Positions 1 to 12,278 of a stretch of DNA of 64,000 bases are shown here, in pieces. A program made the translations under genes and the position numbers. Every line of letters starts with the position of its first letter. The first letter of the stretch is position 1. The notes beneath the pieces were generated by a model, which saw only the letters and a list, made by a program, of their open reading frames with translations, was not told where the DNA came from and did no database searches. The stretch is from Podarcis erhardii (taxonomy: Eukaryota): NCBI GenBank assembly GCA_964252035.1, contig OZ176208.1. One strand, given 5' to 3'.

Positions 1-3000
1 GATGTCAAAACGTACTCCTGCTACAATTATCAACACATCAGTACTACTGTGGCAACAATCACAGTTACCCAAGAGTTTTAAATGATGCCATTTAAATGGC
101 TGGAATGTGACATCAAGTTAACACATATGTGAGAAAGAGAAGTAAAGACCATATGTAGCTAAATCTATTGTAGACACCAACAGATCAGAACAGTGTTGTC
201 CAGTAGACATTGTGCTGCATTACAAGACAACTGTTCATTTATGGACTACCGGTAATTTTGGGTGAAAAACTTAAGAGCACTTCACACCACTTTTTGTATC
301 TTGCTTCACATACATAAGTACACAAAGATCACTTCAAAATTGACCTCAAGACTTCCAACCACTTCAGCATATTTTCTGTGCCCTGGCATTCCTGTTAATA
401 TTTAATGTTTTAATCACTCAGTTATAATTTATCATTGCAAGCTACCTGAAGTAGCTCTATATTTTGCACTTCAGACTTTGAGTCATCTACACTCAGCTGA
501 TCACATATTTGTGGTATTTTACCTTGAGCTGCCATCTCTCCCCCTTATTACAAAGCTTAGGTTCCAGTCACCCTGGAGAGATTTCTGTTTACGTCTATGC
601 CAAACTCATCCCACGTACAACTTTTCAACCACTTCAGCAACCCCAGATTTGCCGTACTTTATGAATTACTTCATGAATTACTATACCGCACTTCATTGTA
701 ACCTTATGAATCACCCATATTACGTCTGATAAAGCGGGTACTTGGAGTGTACAGACAAGTGTGGAAAGTGGCATTCCTTTAAGGTCAGGAGATTCTAAAA
801 CAACATCCCTTATCAGATATTACAGGGAAAAATTTTAAATTCCACTGAAGGTAAGATCAAGACAGTGACCCCATACACTCTGAATCTAACAGATCCATCA
901 AGTCCAAATCCTATCCTATTGCTCAAACTCAGAAGAACTCAAAGAACTCAAGGTAAAATTTAAGTTGCCTAGATTTCACTCTTAATATGAATGAAGTTTT
1001 AAACTGTAAAGCTCTCTTTTCTTTAAAAAATAAAAATAAAGATCAGGATGTATGTAGAAAATGTTTCACCCTACCAGCCCTTTGTCACTGATGACACAAC
1101 CGTCAAGGAAAGGTGAAAATCAGGAGTAACACGGAAAACTGGATTTGTAGATAAAGATAATACTTATGGGTTGCTTGGACTCAGTAGCCGTATTTTCCAA
1201 AAAGATAAATTGCATCATGTTTAAGCTGTATTTCAGGGGCATGAAAGCTTTAAGTCACATACAGTGTGGAGCTATAGAATCTCAGCTTCTTTTTATGAGT
1301 CATTTTTGCATTGCTCCTGAGTCATTTTTGCATTGCTCAAGCAATTTTAACTTCTAAATTACTGGTTTCTCTTAAGCACACTATTCTCACCTTATTAAAG
1401 GGTTAATTTTAGCCTGAGGGAATTTACCTGTACTGTGCTTTACTAATTACTAATCCCTTGATTAAAGTGAACACAATAAATGACATTTTCTATTTTACAA
1501 CAAGAAGTTTTAATTGTGCCACAAGAGCTATTGAATGGCTACAGCACTGTATGGGAATTGTGACAGGGTTCCTAACACAGTGCCAGTTAGAAACTGGGAC
1601 AGAAAAGCTAGGAGCCAAATGGCTTCTGGGACCTGGGTTGTAGGTGCCAAAACAGAATGTCTAGTCGCCACTGGGGGGCAGTGGTCAGCAACACTTTTTA
1701 TTTATTATTTTGATAAGAATGAATTAATACACAATTCACATAATTGATACATTGTTAATATCACTCTTTTAGCAGAAATTGTTAATACAAAAGAAATTAG
1801 TGTTTACAATAAAAATATTGGTACCATACTTCAGTTTTCAACACACTCTACTCTTTATTGTTAAACTCCTTAACATATTGTATCCTTAACATATCCTTTG
1901 AGGCTTCAAAGCACATGCATTTCAGTAATCCTTGAGTGTCAGCCAGGTGCAAAAAATGGCACCCAGACTTTTTAAAGTGCTCGCAAATAGAGAATCTTTA
2001 GGCGCAAAATGCACCTTGCGCCCTGCTAATTTCAAACCCTGCCATCAACCTACCAATGAACTGATAGTCTAATAAAAAGCACAAGCAATCGTTATGACAT
2101 CCCCTGCAAGCAGAACCAACTAGACATGTTCAGGAATTTATTAATCAATTGTCGATAGGAAAAAATGGAGAAGGAATGTTTTATGTTAACAGAATTTGAA
2201 CTGTTACCATTTGTGAACTTTGTGACAAAAAGTTCACCAAAACCTCTCCACCCCTCAAGGCTGCCAAGAAGTCACAGTGGTCTGAGACAATGAGGAAGGC
2301 TTGTCATCTTGATTGTGCAGTTTGGCAACACTTTAGTCTCCAGGATGCCAAACTGAGCTAAACAAAAACAATGCATTTAGCTCACTCCTTCAACTGAACC
2401 TGCACCAATATTTGTAAGGCTTGCTTCACACTTTAGACTGCAATTGTTTTTGCTGCGGCTACCCTGACTGTTTGTGGCAGCTCATGCACAAAGTGTCAAC
2501 AGAGACAGACATGAAACACTGATAGAATGCACATAACATACCAGTGGCAAGCACACTCCAGTATAAAGTGCAAAGTGGCCCTAAGTACCCTGTGTTTTAT
2601 ACATTATTTAAAATGAATAACTTAGGTAGTACTATATTCTGAAGGATCTCAATGGATAATCCAAGCAAGCATCCTGAAGACCAACAACAAATACAGTACA
2701 CATGGCAGATCTTTGAATTTTCCTCATTGATGCAAGGGAGAAGTTGCCTTGAGGCTTCCTCTTTGACCTGGAGAACAAGACACCACATTTTAAGTCTCTG
2801 AGCTGAACAAGCCTCAAGGCAAGCAATACCCATTGTCTCACCAGAGTATCTATTAAGTAGAGATGCATGCTTTATCCCTGATCTATGCAAGAGATTCACT
2901 AAGAGGACCTGTGATTTAACCACAGATTAAAAGCACAGCGAGAACAGCGAGGCCACAGTGTTTTATGGTTATAAGAATAGGATGGTACCTACACCAGGTT

Positions 3001-5462
3001 ATACCATACAGTACCCTACTACTTTAAACAGTCATGGCTTCCCCCAAATAATTCTGGGACCTGCAGTTTGTTAAGAGTGCTGACAGTTGCCTCACACAGC
3101 TAGTTCGCAGAGTTCGCTGTGAAGAGGGATTGATTGTTAAACAATTCGTGCAGCCTCCTTTGGGCAGTCAGCATTCTTATACAGAGAAAATAGGCTCAGG
3201 AAGTACCGTAAGTGCCTGTCATTTCAAATTATCCAGAAGCACAGAAGTGAGAAGAGCGCAGAAAAGGACCTGAATTTGCTTCTATATGCCAGTGTGTGCT
3301 GCTGCTCCTATAAGACCAAGATTGCACAAAGTAGGGAACTCTGTTGCCCATAGTCAACAGCATTAAGTTGAACTTGCTGCAAGTACAGCAGGGTGCAGAA
3401 ACTTCAGTCCTCCAGGTGTTGCTGAATGACTATTGCCATTGTATCTGACCATTGCCCATTCTGGGTGGGGCTGAAGGGAGCTGATGTTCAACAAAATTTG
3501 AAAGGTCACAGATTCTCCATCTTTGAAATACAGAATAGTTTTGTGCCCTTAAGCAATATTTATGTTAGAAATATCTGGCTGCCATGGTTTCCACATCAAG
3601 CAGGAATACTGTGGAACCAGAACAGCAGCATTTGCTAGAAGTAGAGACATTCTCAAATTATAAGAAAAGAGCGAAACATGAGTGTTAACTACCTAAAAGC
3701 CAGAGGGAACAGAGAAAGGCAATGGAGATTTTCAGGAGAGGTTCAAAGTCAGCTCTCCTCACCCCCATGCCAAGGTAAAATGGAAAAACTGCCTGTCTCT
3801 TTGTGTGACTTCTTCAGGGCAGCAAGCCTCCTAGCAAACAAAGTGGCCAGGCAAGGCTCCTGTGTTGTAGATCATTGCATAATAAGCAGAAGTGCTGCAG
3901 GAGAAGATTTCCACCATCATCACAAAACCTGCCTCCTGGAGAAAAGTTTTAGCATTTTGAATTTCTACTTCCCACCCAGTTTTAAAAGTCACAGCAGCCT
4001 TTCCAGGGAGAGGGATAGCAAAGGGCTGAAATGGTAGGGCATTGAATGAGACAACCTCTTTGAAATTTCCTTACGTAAAGTAGGGTGGAGTCACAGAAAA
4101 CTTCCAGGCAAATTATCCCCCATCCCAATTTTAGTGCAGCACTTCACTATTAATCACTTGCTCCCTACTTAACCACCCTGTTAAGGTCACAGTGGCAAAA
4201 TGAAGTCTACAGTGCAGAAATCAATTTGTGGGGAGGAAAAGTGGGAGGTTCTAATGCACATTAGTGACTGCCAAATAGCAAGTCTCACACTTCTAATACT
4301 TTTAACAGTCACAGACTGCTAGTTTTCAGTAATGTAATCAGAAATAAAATCTGACCATTTAACACCTCCTGCTCCCATTTGTGGCCATGCTCCTTTTGTG
4401 AACAAAGGTATGCAGGTTACATAATTGAGAAAATTCTATGGACAAATGCAACATATGTTCCATTCTCTGTTGAACCATTGCACCCCAACCATGATTTTAT
4501 TGGTAGATATAGGACTCCTATGCAAGTCTAAGCCATAGCACCTTTTTCTTCAAGACTGATTCCTGCTCCCACCTCCCCTGCCAACACTCTGGGAACACAG
4601 TCCACTTTTTCTTCTCGAAACTAAATTTCAAAATTATGGCGATACGATAATCTGATACAATTATGAAATTTTATGCTGGTACTCTGTACCTGATTGTATC
4701 CCTATGGCTTTCAATAAAACTCATTTTAACCATCTCCCAGCCCCATAGATGCATTACCTAACTTTATGAACGAGTCTCTCAGCACAGATGTGGTGGGAAA
4801 CTTTGGCCTTCCAGATGTTGCTCAACTGCAACTCCCATCAGCTGTAGCAAGATTGGCCAGGGGTGATGGGAGCTATAGTTCAACAACATCTGGAGGGCGA
4901 AAGGCCCCCCATGCTTGCCTTAGCAGGACACCAAAGACAGCTCAAAAGTTTATAAAACGTTTGGGTGGAAAGGTACTGTGGTTTTATACATGCACCTGCA
5001 GGCAGACACACAGGCCTGGGGAGGGAATAAGAGGAGCAAAACAGCCGGGTGGAAAGACCACGAAATCCTCGAGTAAACTCATGATGGGGAGGAATAACAC
5101 TCCCTGAACCTGATGAAGTGAAGTCCACCAAGCCTTTCCCCCTCCCCCCTTGCAGCTGCTGCAAGCACGCGTTCACTGAGAAACTCCCCAACGAACACGT
5201 GTCCGAAACGAAGGTTGGCTTCTCCCGTCAGGATCTCTTCCTCTTCCTCATTCCCTCCCACACACACACGAGAGCCACGTCAGGGCTCCGCCAAGGAGCG
5301 GAGAGCGCCCTCCGTTTACCGCGCCCCGAAGAACGTCTCGTGTGAGTGCGCACACACGTGTATTTTTTTGGGGGGGGGGGAAAGGGGAGATGCAGTCGGA
5401 GGATGCTCTGAATAGCCGAAGCCAGCCTCCCTCCAGGCCCCCGAGCCGCCCGCTCCCCTCAC

Positions 5463-5633
5463 CTCGGCCTTGGCCAGCTCCGGCCCTTGCACCGCCGGCT
5501 GCTGAGGCGGCGGCGGCTTCTGCTGCTCCTGCTGAGGCGGCGGCTCCCCCCGGTCCTGGCCATTCTCCGGCTCCGAGGCGGCGAAGGGCGCGGCGAGGAG
5601 CAGCAGCAGCAGGAGCCGCGCGGGGCCCGCCAT
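5463..5633 (-). CDS. TMEM165: TMEM165 coding exon 1 (Golgi Ca2+/Mn2+ antiporter, UPF0016 family): signal peptide and Pro/Gln-rich linker, 57 codons
   Basis: Translates MAGPARLLLLLLLAAPFAASEPENGQDRGEPPPQQEQQKPPPPQQPAVQGPELAKAE followed by the donor GAG|GTGAGG (phase 0). The end resembles human TMEM165 exon 1 (...QPVAVQGPEPARVE). It lies in a CpG island, co-oriented with and downstream of SRD5A3 as in mammals. Later exons were not found in 1-5462. Confidence 0.9.
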
Positions 5634-5656
5634 TCCCGGCGCCGAGTCCTCTCCCG

Positions 5657-5716
5657 CTAACAGGAAGAAGCGCGGCGGCGGCAGCGAGAGCGGAGGCGGC
5701 GCTTCCCCGCCGCCAT
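5657..5716 (-). other. Candidate upstream ORF in the TMEM165 5' leader (MAAGKRRLRSRCRRRASSC*)
   Basis: ATG at 5716 in context gcggctATGG, out of frame with the main ATG; TAG at 5657-5659, 23 nt before the main ATG at 5633. Valid only if the TSS lies above 5716. Confidence 0.5.
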
Positions 5717-6088
5717 AGCCGCTTCCTCCTCCGCGACCCCTCAACCAAACAACGCCGAAGCTGTTCCCTCCGCCACGCCACCGAAGCCTCAGAGGCAGGG
5801 CCCGCCCCCTTGCTCCGCATCCGCCTCTCTGATTGGTGGCGCCGGAACCAGCATGTTCGAAACATCTCCGCTATGCAAAGAGAGAGAGAGAGCTGCGCTC
5901 GAAGGGGGCGGGGCTGGGGAGAGCGAGCGAGCGAACCTATCTAACCCTACCTGGGTCACGTGGCGCTTTCCCCTCCAACCCGCCCCTCCCTCTGGGGCCG
6001 CGCGACTCGTCAAGAATTCTGGTAGTTTAAGTGGGTGGGAAATAAAGAGCCGGGCGTGGAATGTAAATTGTGCACCTTGGGATCCATG

Positions 6089-6754
6089 AGATCATGGCCA
6101 CTGGTCCCATCACCTCCTGGCAAATAGAAGGGGAAGAAATGGAGGCAGTGCGAGATTTTACTTTCTTGGGCTCCATGATCACTGCAGATGGTGACAGCAG
6201 CCACGAAATTAAAAGACGCCTGCTTCTTGGGAGGAAAGCAATGACAAACCTGGACAGCATCTTAAAAAGCAGAGACATCACCTTGCCGACAAAGGTCCGT
6301 ATAGTTAAAGCTATGGCTTTCCCAGTAGGGATGCATGGAAGTGAGAGCTGGACCATAAAGAAGGCTGATCGCCGAAGAATTGATGCTTTTGAATTATGGT
6401 GCTGGAGGAGACTCTTGAGAGTCCCGTGGACTGCAAGAAGATCAAACCTATCCATTCTTAAGGAAATCAGCCCTGAGTGCTCACTAGAAGGACAGATCCT
6501 GAAGCTGAGACTCCAATACTTTGACTACCTCATGAGAAGAGAAGACTCCCTGGAAAAGACCCTGATGTTGGGAAAGATGGAGGGCACAAGGAGAAGGGGA
6601 CAACAGAGGACGAGATGGTTGGATAGTGTCCTCGAGGCTACAAACATGAGTCTGACCAAACTGTGGGAGGCAGTGGAAGACAGGCGTGCCTGGCGTGCTC
6701 TGGTCCATGGGGTCACGAAGAGTTGGACACGACTAAATGACTAAACAACAACAA
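6089..6754 (+). mobile_element. 5'-truncated BovB (RTE clade) LINE
   Basis: ORF 6070-6744 gives the BovB RT C-terminus (IKRRLLLGRKAMTNLDSILKSRDITLPTKVRIVKAM...ELWCWRRLLRVPWTARRSN), ending in gactaaa(CAA)n. Confidence 0.95.
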
Positions 6755-7329
6755 TAGGGGATGGTGGTGCGGACCGTGTAGCAGCACATCATCCCAGGTC
6801 ACTGTTCCTTCTGTCCTGGGGAACAGCAAGCAAGGTGCTTTCTTTGCGGAAAGACAGGTTTACAATACAGATAAGGAACAGCAGGGAAGACAAAGCACCA
6901 TCGTCGGCTTAGGATAGTTTCTGAAAAGTTGCTCGAAGCAGCTCCCCGTCTCGTGGGGAAGCATTGACTCCGCCAGATGTTGTGGAGCTGCATCTCCCCC
7001 ATCATGCCTGGCCATTGGCCATCCTTCCTTGGGGCTGTTGGGAGTTCTAGGATGCTCGGCAACATCTGCATTCAGTTGCCCTGATCCTGTGAAGGAGATC
7101 TGCATCTTGTATGGCAAATAAGAGAAACAGATATTTATGGCAAACTATGGACATAAATGCACCTCTGAATAAGTACCCCGTCTATCAGCACCACACTCTT
7201 TTGCATGGAATGCACATTTTGAGGTGCTTTCAAATATGCATGCAAACAGATGCAGGCTAACAGTTTATTTCTTCGTCTTGGGTTGGGGTATTGTTGAGAG
7301 CTATTTGTTGGAGGGGGTACTGGTGGATT

Positions 7330-7770
7330 GGTCATGATGTGTGGATGCCTGATCATCATCTTCCAAAGCAACTACTCTATTCCCAACTTAAAAATGGAAA
7401 GTGTAATGCTGGTGGTCAACAAAAGAGGTTTAAAGACTGTCTTGAGGCAAATCTAAAAAAATGTAGTATAAACACTGACAACTGGGAAGCACTGGCCTGT
7501 GAGTGCTCCAGTTGGGGAACAGCCTTTACCAAAGGTGTCATGGGCTTTAAAGACACTCAAACTCAGGACGCAAGGGAGAAACGTGCTAAGAGGAAGACAT
7601 GCTTGGAAAATCCACACAGTGATCAACTCCCGCCCAGAAACCAATGTTCCCACCGTAGAAGAATGTGTGGATCCAGAATTGGCCTCCACAGTCACTTACG
7701 GACTCATTGTTAAAACTGTGTTTATGGAAGACAATCTTACTTGGCTATGAGTGATCGCTAAAGAGAAAGA
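7330..7770 (+). mobile_element. 3' end of a second RTE-clade LINE family (non-BovB)
   Basis: MPDHHLPKQLLYSQLKNGKCNAGGQQKRFKDCLEANLKK...CGSRIGLHSHLRTHC is a typical RTE C-terminus with a decayed C2H2 finger. Confidence 0.85.
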
Positions 7771-9632
7771 GATCTGGAAATTGTTCAGTTTGGTTGTGTA
7801 CTTTTTGAAGTTTTGTTTTATTATATATAACTGGTTTTATGTTTGCAGTTATGCGTTTGTTTTTAATATGTTGTAAGCCACCTTGAGCAGTTTTAACTGT
7901 GGAAAGGCGGCATACAAATAAAATGATTGATTGATTCATAACTAGAACTGAATTATATTGCCAGTGAGACTTACCTCATGGTAAACACAGGTTGGTTGGG
8001 CTGCAAATTCTCTTTGGTTACTACTTGTAAGCAGCTACACAATCCATCTGCAAATGTTACTGTTTTTAAACATTGTGCTTAAATTGTGTCCTTGTTCTTT
8101 TAATTGACTTATTACCTAGTTGCTATTGCTTTATATTGCTTTAATTTTGTGTTTGTGTATAAGCGAACCAGAGAGCCCATGTTATGAGGTGACAGTAAAT
8201 CCATCAGTAATACTCTACCTACTCTAAAGTAGCCCCACTGACATCTCTGTCTGTTCATTATTGTGATGAAGTATGCAGTTCAATGAGTGGTCTCAGCAGC
8301 TCCGACATTCTGGCTATGGAGTGCAAAGTGCTACGTTGACATAAGCTTGGTTACTTCAGCAACTTCCCTGACAGTTTATTTTGGAGACATAGAGTCTGAG
8401 TGACAAACTGGATTGTTCACTTACTGCTGCAATACATTTCTGACCAGAAAGGTGGGTGGAGGATCCTTAATTTGTCGATGTCTCGTCATACATCTTTGCC
8501 TGCCAACCTTAGCCAAACAACTTGACAGAATCAGTAATTTTTTTCTGTTTACAAGACTGTTGATTTACACCCAGAAACAGTGCCAGGGATAAATAGCCTT
8601 GAAGCAAAGCCAGGTGTCCTTTTAGGAACGCAGCCCAGTTCTTGTTACTGGAAGTGCCAAATGTAAATGAGAAATAAAAACAAAGCTGGGTTATTTTTAA
8701 AAAGTTATTGCATAGCAGCAACAACAAAACCTCCAACTGTTACTGTTGTTCTTGTGCCATTATTAAGATTACACCACCTTAGACATTTGAGTTTGAAAAA
8801 TAAAGAACGCTTGGAAGCCATCTTGTTTTACTGTGATACTTACATAGAATTCAATAACTGGTTAACCTGAAAATCTTTTGGCTCAGTCCTGTGGCAGAGT
8901 GTCCACATCATAACTGGGTGATGAGCTCATTTGACTCAACTGCATGGTATCGGATGAGCCTATGAGATGGCATAGATTACAGTCTGCTAATCACTAAAAT
9001 ATTTAATAAAATAAAATAAATGGCTTAACCAAACTATACCACATGCATCAACTAAAAATTCCAGGGGAGCATTGGTCTTCAAGTGGTCATTATCACCACT
9101 CTCCATTATTCTAGGAGAGGGAAAGGAAAGGAACAAAGTAGAGTTACTAGGCATTTTGAGCAGAGATTGGAGAACATTGGGGGGTTTTTTTGGACAAATT
9201 TAAGGTATCCACTTGAAATAATAAAATACTGTATTTGAAATAGTTCTGGAATATGTGGAAAGGGCGTGAGTTATTCTAGAGGCCTCAAGGCTCTATCCCA
9301 GCATCCTCATCAGGTCCTCAACCTTTTTAACAGCAAAATCCTTGGCATGTATACTCAGAAGTTCTGTTGAATTCATTGTGAGTTACCACCTTAGGGCACA
9401 ATCCTATGGACATTTATTCAAGCAGAAACGGAGAACCCATGGCCTTCTATGGTGGGTCAGGCTGATGGGAATGGTGGTTCAGCATCTGAAAGGTCACAAG
9501 TTCTCCCCAGTCTTGCATGCAGTGCTTTTTGTGTGTGACAGTATTCACCAGTTCAGGGTACCTGCACCCCCCCCCCCCCCGCTCATGGCAGCCATTTTGT
9601 TCTGGCACCCAACACACTTTATATAGAGTGTA

Positions 9633-9834
9633 CAGTGGTACCTCGGGTTAAGAACTTAATTCGTTCTGGAGGTCTGTTCTTAACCTGAAACTGTTCTTAA
9701 CCTGAAGCACCACTTTAGCTAATGGGGCCTCCTGCTGCCGCCGGAGCACGATTTCTGTTCTCATCCTGAAGCAAAGTTCTTAACCTGAGGTAATATTTCT
9801 GGGTTAGTGGAGTCTGTAACCTGAGGTACCACTG
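9633..9834. mobile_element. Tc1/mariner-type MITE, family A
   Basis: Ends CAGTGGTACCTC...GAGGTACCACTG flanked by TA on both sides; same family at 15882, 39518 and 60457. Confidence 0.9.
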
Positions 9835-10425
9835 TACTGGCACCTCATTTGTTTTTTAAATCAAAAAAGTACTTCCTGTACTGTAGATTAAGTATCTTTG
9901 TCCTGGGAGGCAGTTCCAAGCACAGATTTGAACAAAAGACCGTAGTTAGTTCTCTTTCAACAAGATTCTCACGTTTCTGTCTGCAAGTGCAGTATATTAT
10001 TATTATTAATTAAATTTATAGAAATTCTGTGGGCCTAATAAAATAGCAAGAATGGCAAGGAGTGGGGTAGAAGCCCACACCCATCAGGACTGCTAGCTTC
10101 AAAAGGCAGGGCTTCAGTGGCCTGTGTAACACTTTGCTCTTCCTCATATATAACAAACCAAGTTTAAATTGTGCAATTATATGCAAATTTTTATATAAGT
10201 AATGCTCCTACATGTTGCAGCATTCAGCTTTTCTTAACAGCACTTTCTTTTCCCCACCAGAATCGGCTCACAGCCTTCTGGGTACTCTCTGTATCTATGT
10301 GTTTTTTATAAAAAAAAAATACTTCCTTAAGTACTTTACTCTGCCACGTTACTCTATTGTGGTTGAAGAAAATAAGCAGGACAGTATGTATTTGCTTCTT
10401 TCAAAGCAGACCAGTGGTTCAGGTT

Positions 10426-10431
10426 TTTATT
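10426..10431 (-). terminator. Possible SRD5A3 polyadenylation signal (AATAAA on the minus strand)
   Basis: TTTATT on the plus strand about 1.85 kb past the SRD5A3 stop. Motif only, no transcript evidence. Confidence 0.25.
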
Positions 10432-10757
10432 AAATATGTAAATATTACATTGGGTATTCTACATACAACAGATGGATAAAATAGTACAAAATATACACCA
10501 TCCAGTTTAAACAGTTTTATAAAAACGTAAGTCATTGCTGTACCAGACAAAATTTGATCCTAAGGAAAGTTTGTGAGAACCAAATGTCTTTCCCTAGCTT
10601 TCTTGGGCTTGTTACATTATGAAGAAAATCTTTAAGCCTTTGCTCCCATGAAGTCATATGAAAATAAATAATAAAATAGATGATAGTACAGTAGTTCTAT
10701 ATGTTCAACTACCCTGGTGTGAAAGACATTAACAGGGTTAACCAACATCACATCTTC

Positions 10758-10759
<2 letters not shown>

Positions 10760-10822
<63 letters not shown>

Positions 10823-10839
10823 AAGAAAGAGAAAGAGAG
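10760..10839. repeat. Compound (TG)n(GA)n microsatellite
   Basis: Seen directly in the sequence. Confidence 0.95.
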
Positions 10840-12278
10840 ATATGGTGGGGGTAGAGTACATGTTGTTCAGATTAACAGTACTCAGGAGAGCACTGATGGG
10901 ACACCTGGATTTCCAAAAGCATTTTTTTCAAAACCATTACCAGGGGTTTCCAGACCCTTGTGCAAGGAGACCCACTTCACTGTGAGCTGAAAAAGACAAA
11001 CAGTGTAGCTGGAGTGAGGTAGAGCACACGAACTGAGCTACCCAGAACCATATTTTGTTTGGTTGGAGGAAACACGTATGTGAGGCTATTGGGAAGGCTT
11101 ATTTTATGAAATGTCAATGCTTCTCAAGCATTAACAGGTTGCTGGAAGCATAAGATATTCTCCCCCACCGGCTTCCTTTTTTTTGAATTCAGAATTTCTA
11201 ATCCTTACATCCTTAGGAAATAATTGTGCATGGCCATGGGCCTGCAATGATCTTCCGGCGCTGTAACTTGCAAAGTTGCATTGGGTCAGGAAGCCTGAAC
11301 CCGAAAACTGTTGCATCACATGGCTGCGGTCTCCTGAGTTTTGGATCGAAACCAAGATGTGCAACTACATTTTCTATATTTGCATTGTTCTGAACACCTA
11401 TGCGTTTATCTAGAATGGTTCACACAGTGCAAAGTCTCCATTTAAACATAGGCGTTTGTGAGAAACACGACAATGTTATTCTCTGTACTACAGGGAGCAG
11501 TTCTCACATACAATTTTCTTATAAAGGAATGGCAGCAACCGAGTTATTTAATTTTCTAGGTTGCGCCTTGCCTTCAAGCTTTATAGAAGAAGCTGCAGTC
11601 GAGATTTCTGCTTCTAAATATTCAAACTCAAAATGAAAGGTAGTATAATTTTCAAGTGTAGAAAGGAAAACAGCCAATTTACACATGTGTGGTAATTGTT
11701 CCAAGTAACTATTAGCAATGTGGTTCAAAAGAGTCCATTCACATATGCAACGGCCATTAAAATAATTTTTCACCATTTCGTTATTCAAATGATGTGCATG
11801 AATATGTGAATCGGACTGAAGGTGCAGCAGTTTCTTTCAGTTCTGCTTGCTGCACAGAACGAGTGCAGAAAAATAAATACATGTTCAATAGTACCGCCTT
11901 CACTCTTACTATGTAAATAATTCCTTCTCAATAAGGCCGTATATAACAAATATGGCTTCAGGTTTGAGCATTTGGTGGGGGAGATGGACACACACAGAAT
12001 CTCTTTGTTCACAGTATGATCTTAGAATACTCAGAAGTAAGTTCCGCTGTGTTCAACGGGCTTACCTGAAAGTAAGTCACTTTCAACTCAATGATACTTC
12101 CTTTTGAGTATTCATAAACTGGTTGTTTCCATATACCACAGCAGTTCATTCTAAAACTAAGTGGTAAAAGGATTTCAGACCAATCTGCATCAATGCAGTT
12201 TTAGTCAAATCTTCTGCTTATAACAGCCTCTTGACACCTAGAAAAAGATTTCCATTTCCCCAAGTTAAGATGAACAGC

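Larger units (their letters stand above)
5200..6060 (-). promoter_or_regulatory. CpG island / TATA-less promoter of TMEM165
   Basis: GC- and CpG-rich block with CCAAT on the minus strand (ATTGG 5832-5836), GC box GGGGCGGGGC (5905-5914) and E-box GTCACGTGGC (5955-5964). Confidence 0.8.

Noticed and set aside
2597-2923. 108-aa minus-strand ORF as a possible TMEM165 exon 2
   Set aside because: It lacks the expected LGFIHAFVAAISVIIVSELGDKTFF (ExGD) motif in any frame and resembles nothing I recognise.
5082-5115. ATGATG...CTGA mini C/D-like motif in TMEM165 intron 1
   Set aside because: Under 40 nt, imperfect box C, and antisense to the host gene.
5248-5944. Long 142-205 aa ORFs on both strands over the TMEM165 CpG island, including the N-terminal extension from 5744
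   Set aside because: Low-complexity Ala/Pro/Arg/Gly ORFs are expected in stop-poor GC-rich DNA. The 5744 start is TTG, and only 5463-5633 matches a known protein and ends at a splice donor.
8263-8371. GTGATGA...CTGA C/D snoRNA-like spacing
   Set aside because: Intergenic, on a strand with no host transcript, and no convincing terminal stem or internal boxes.
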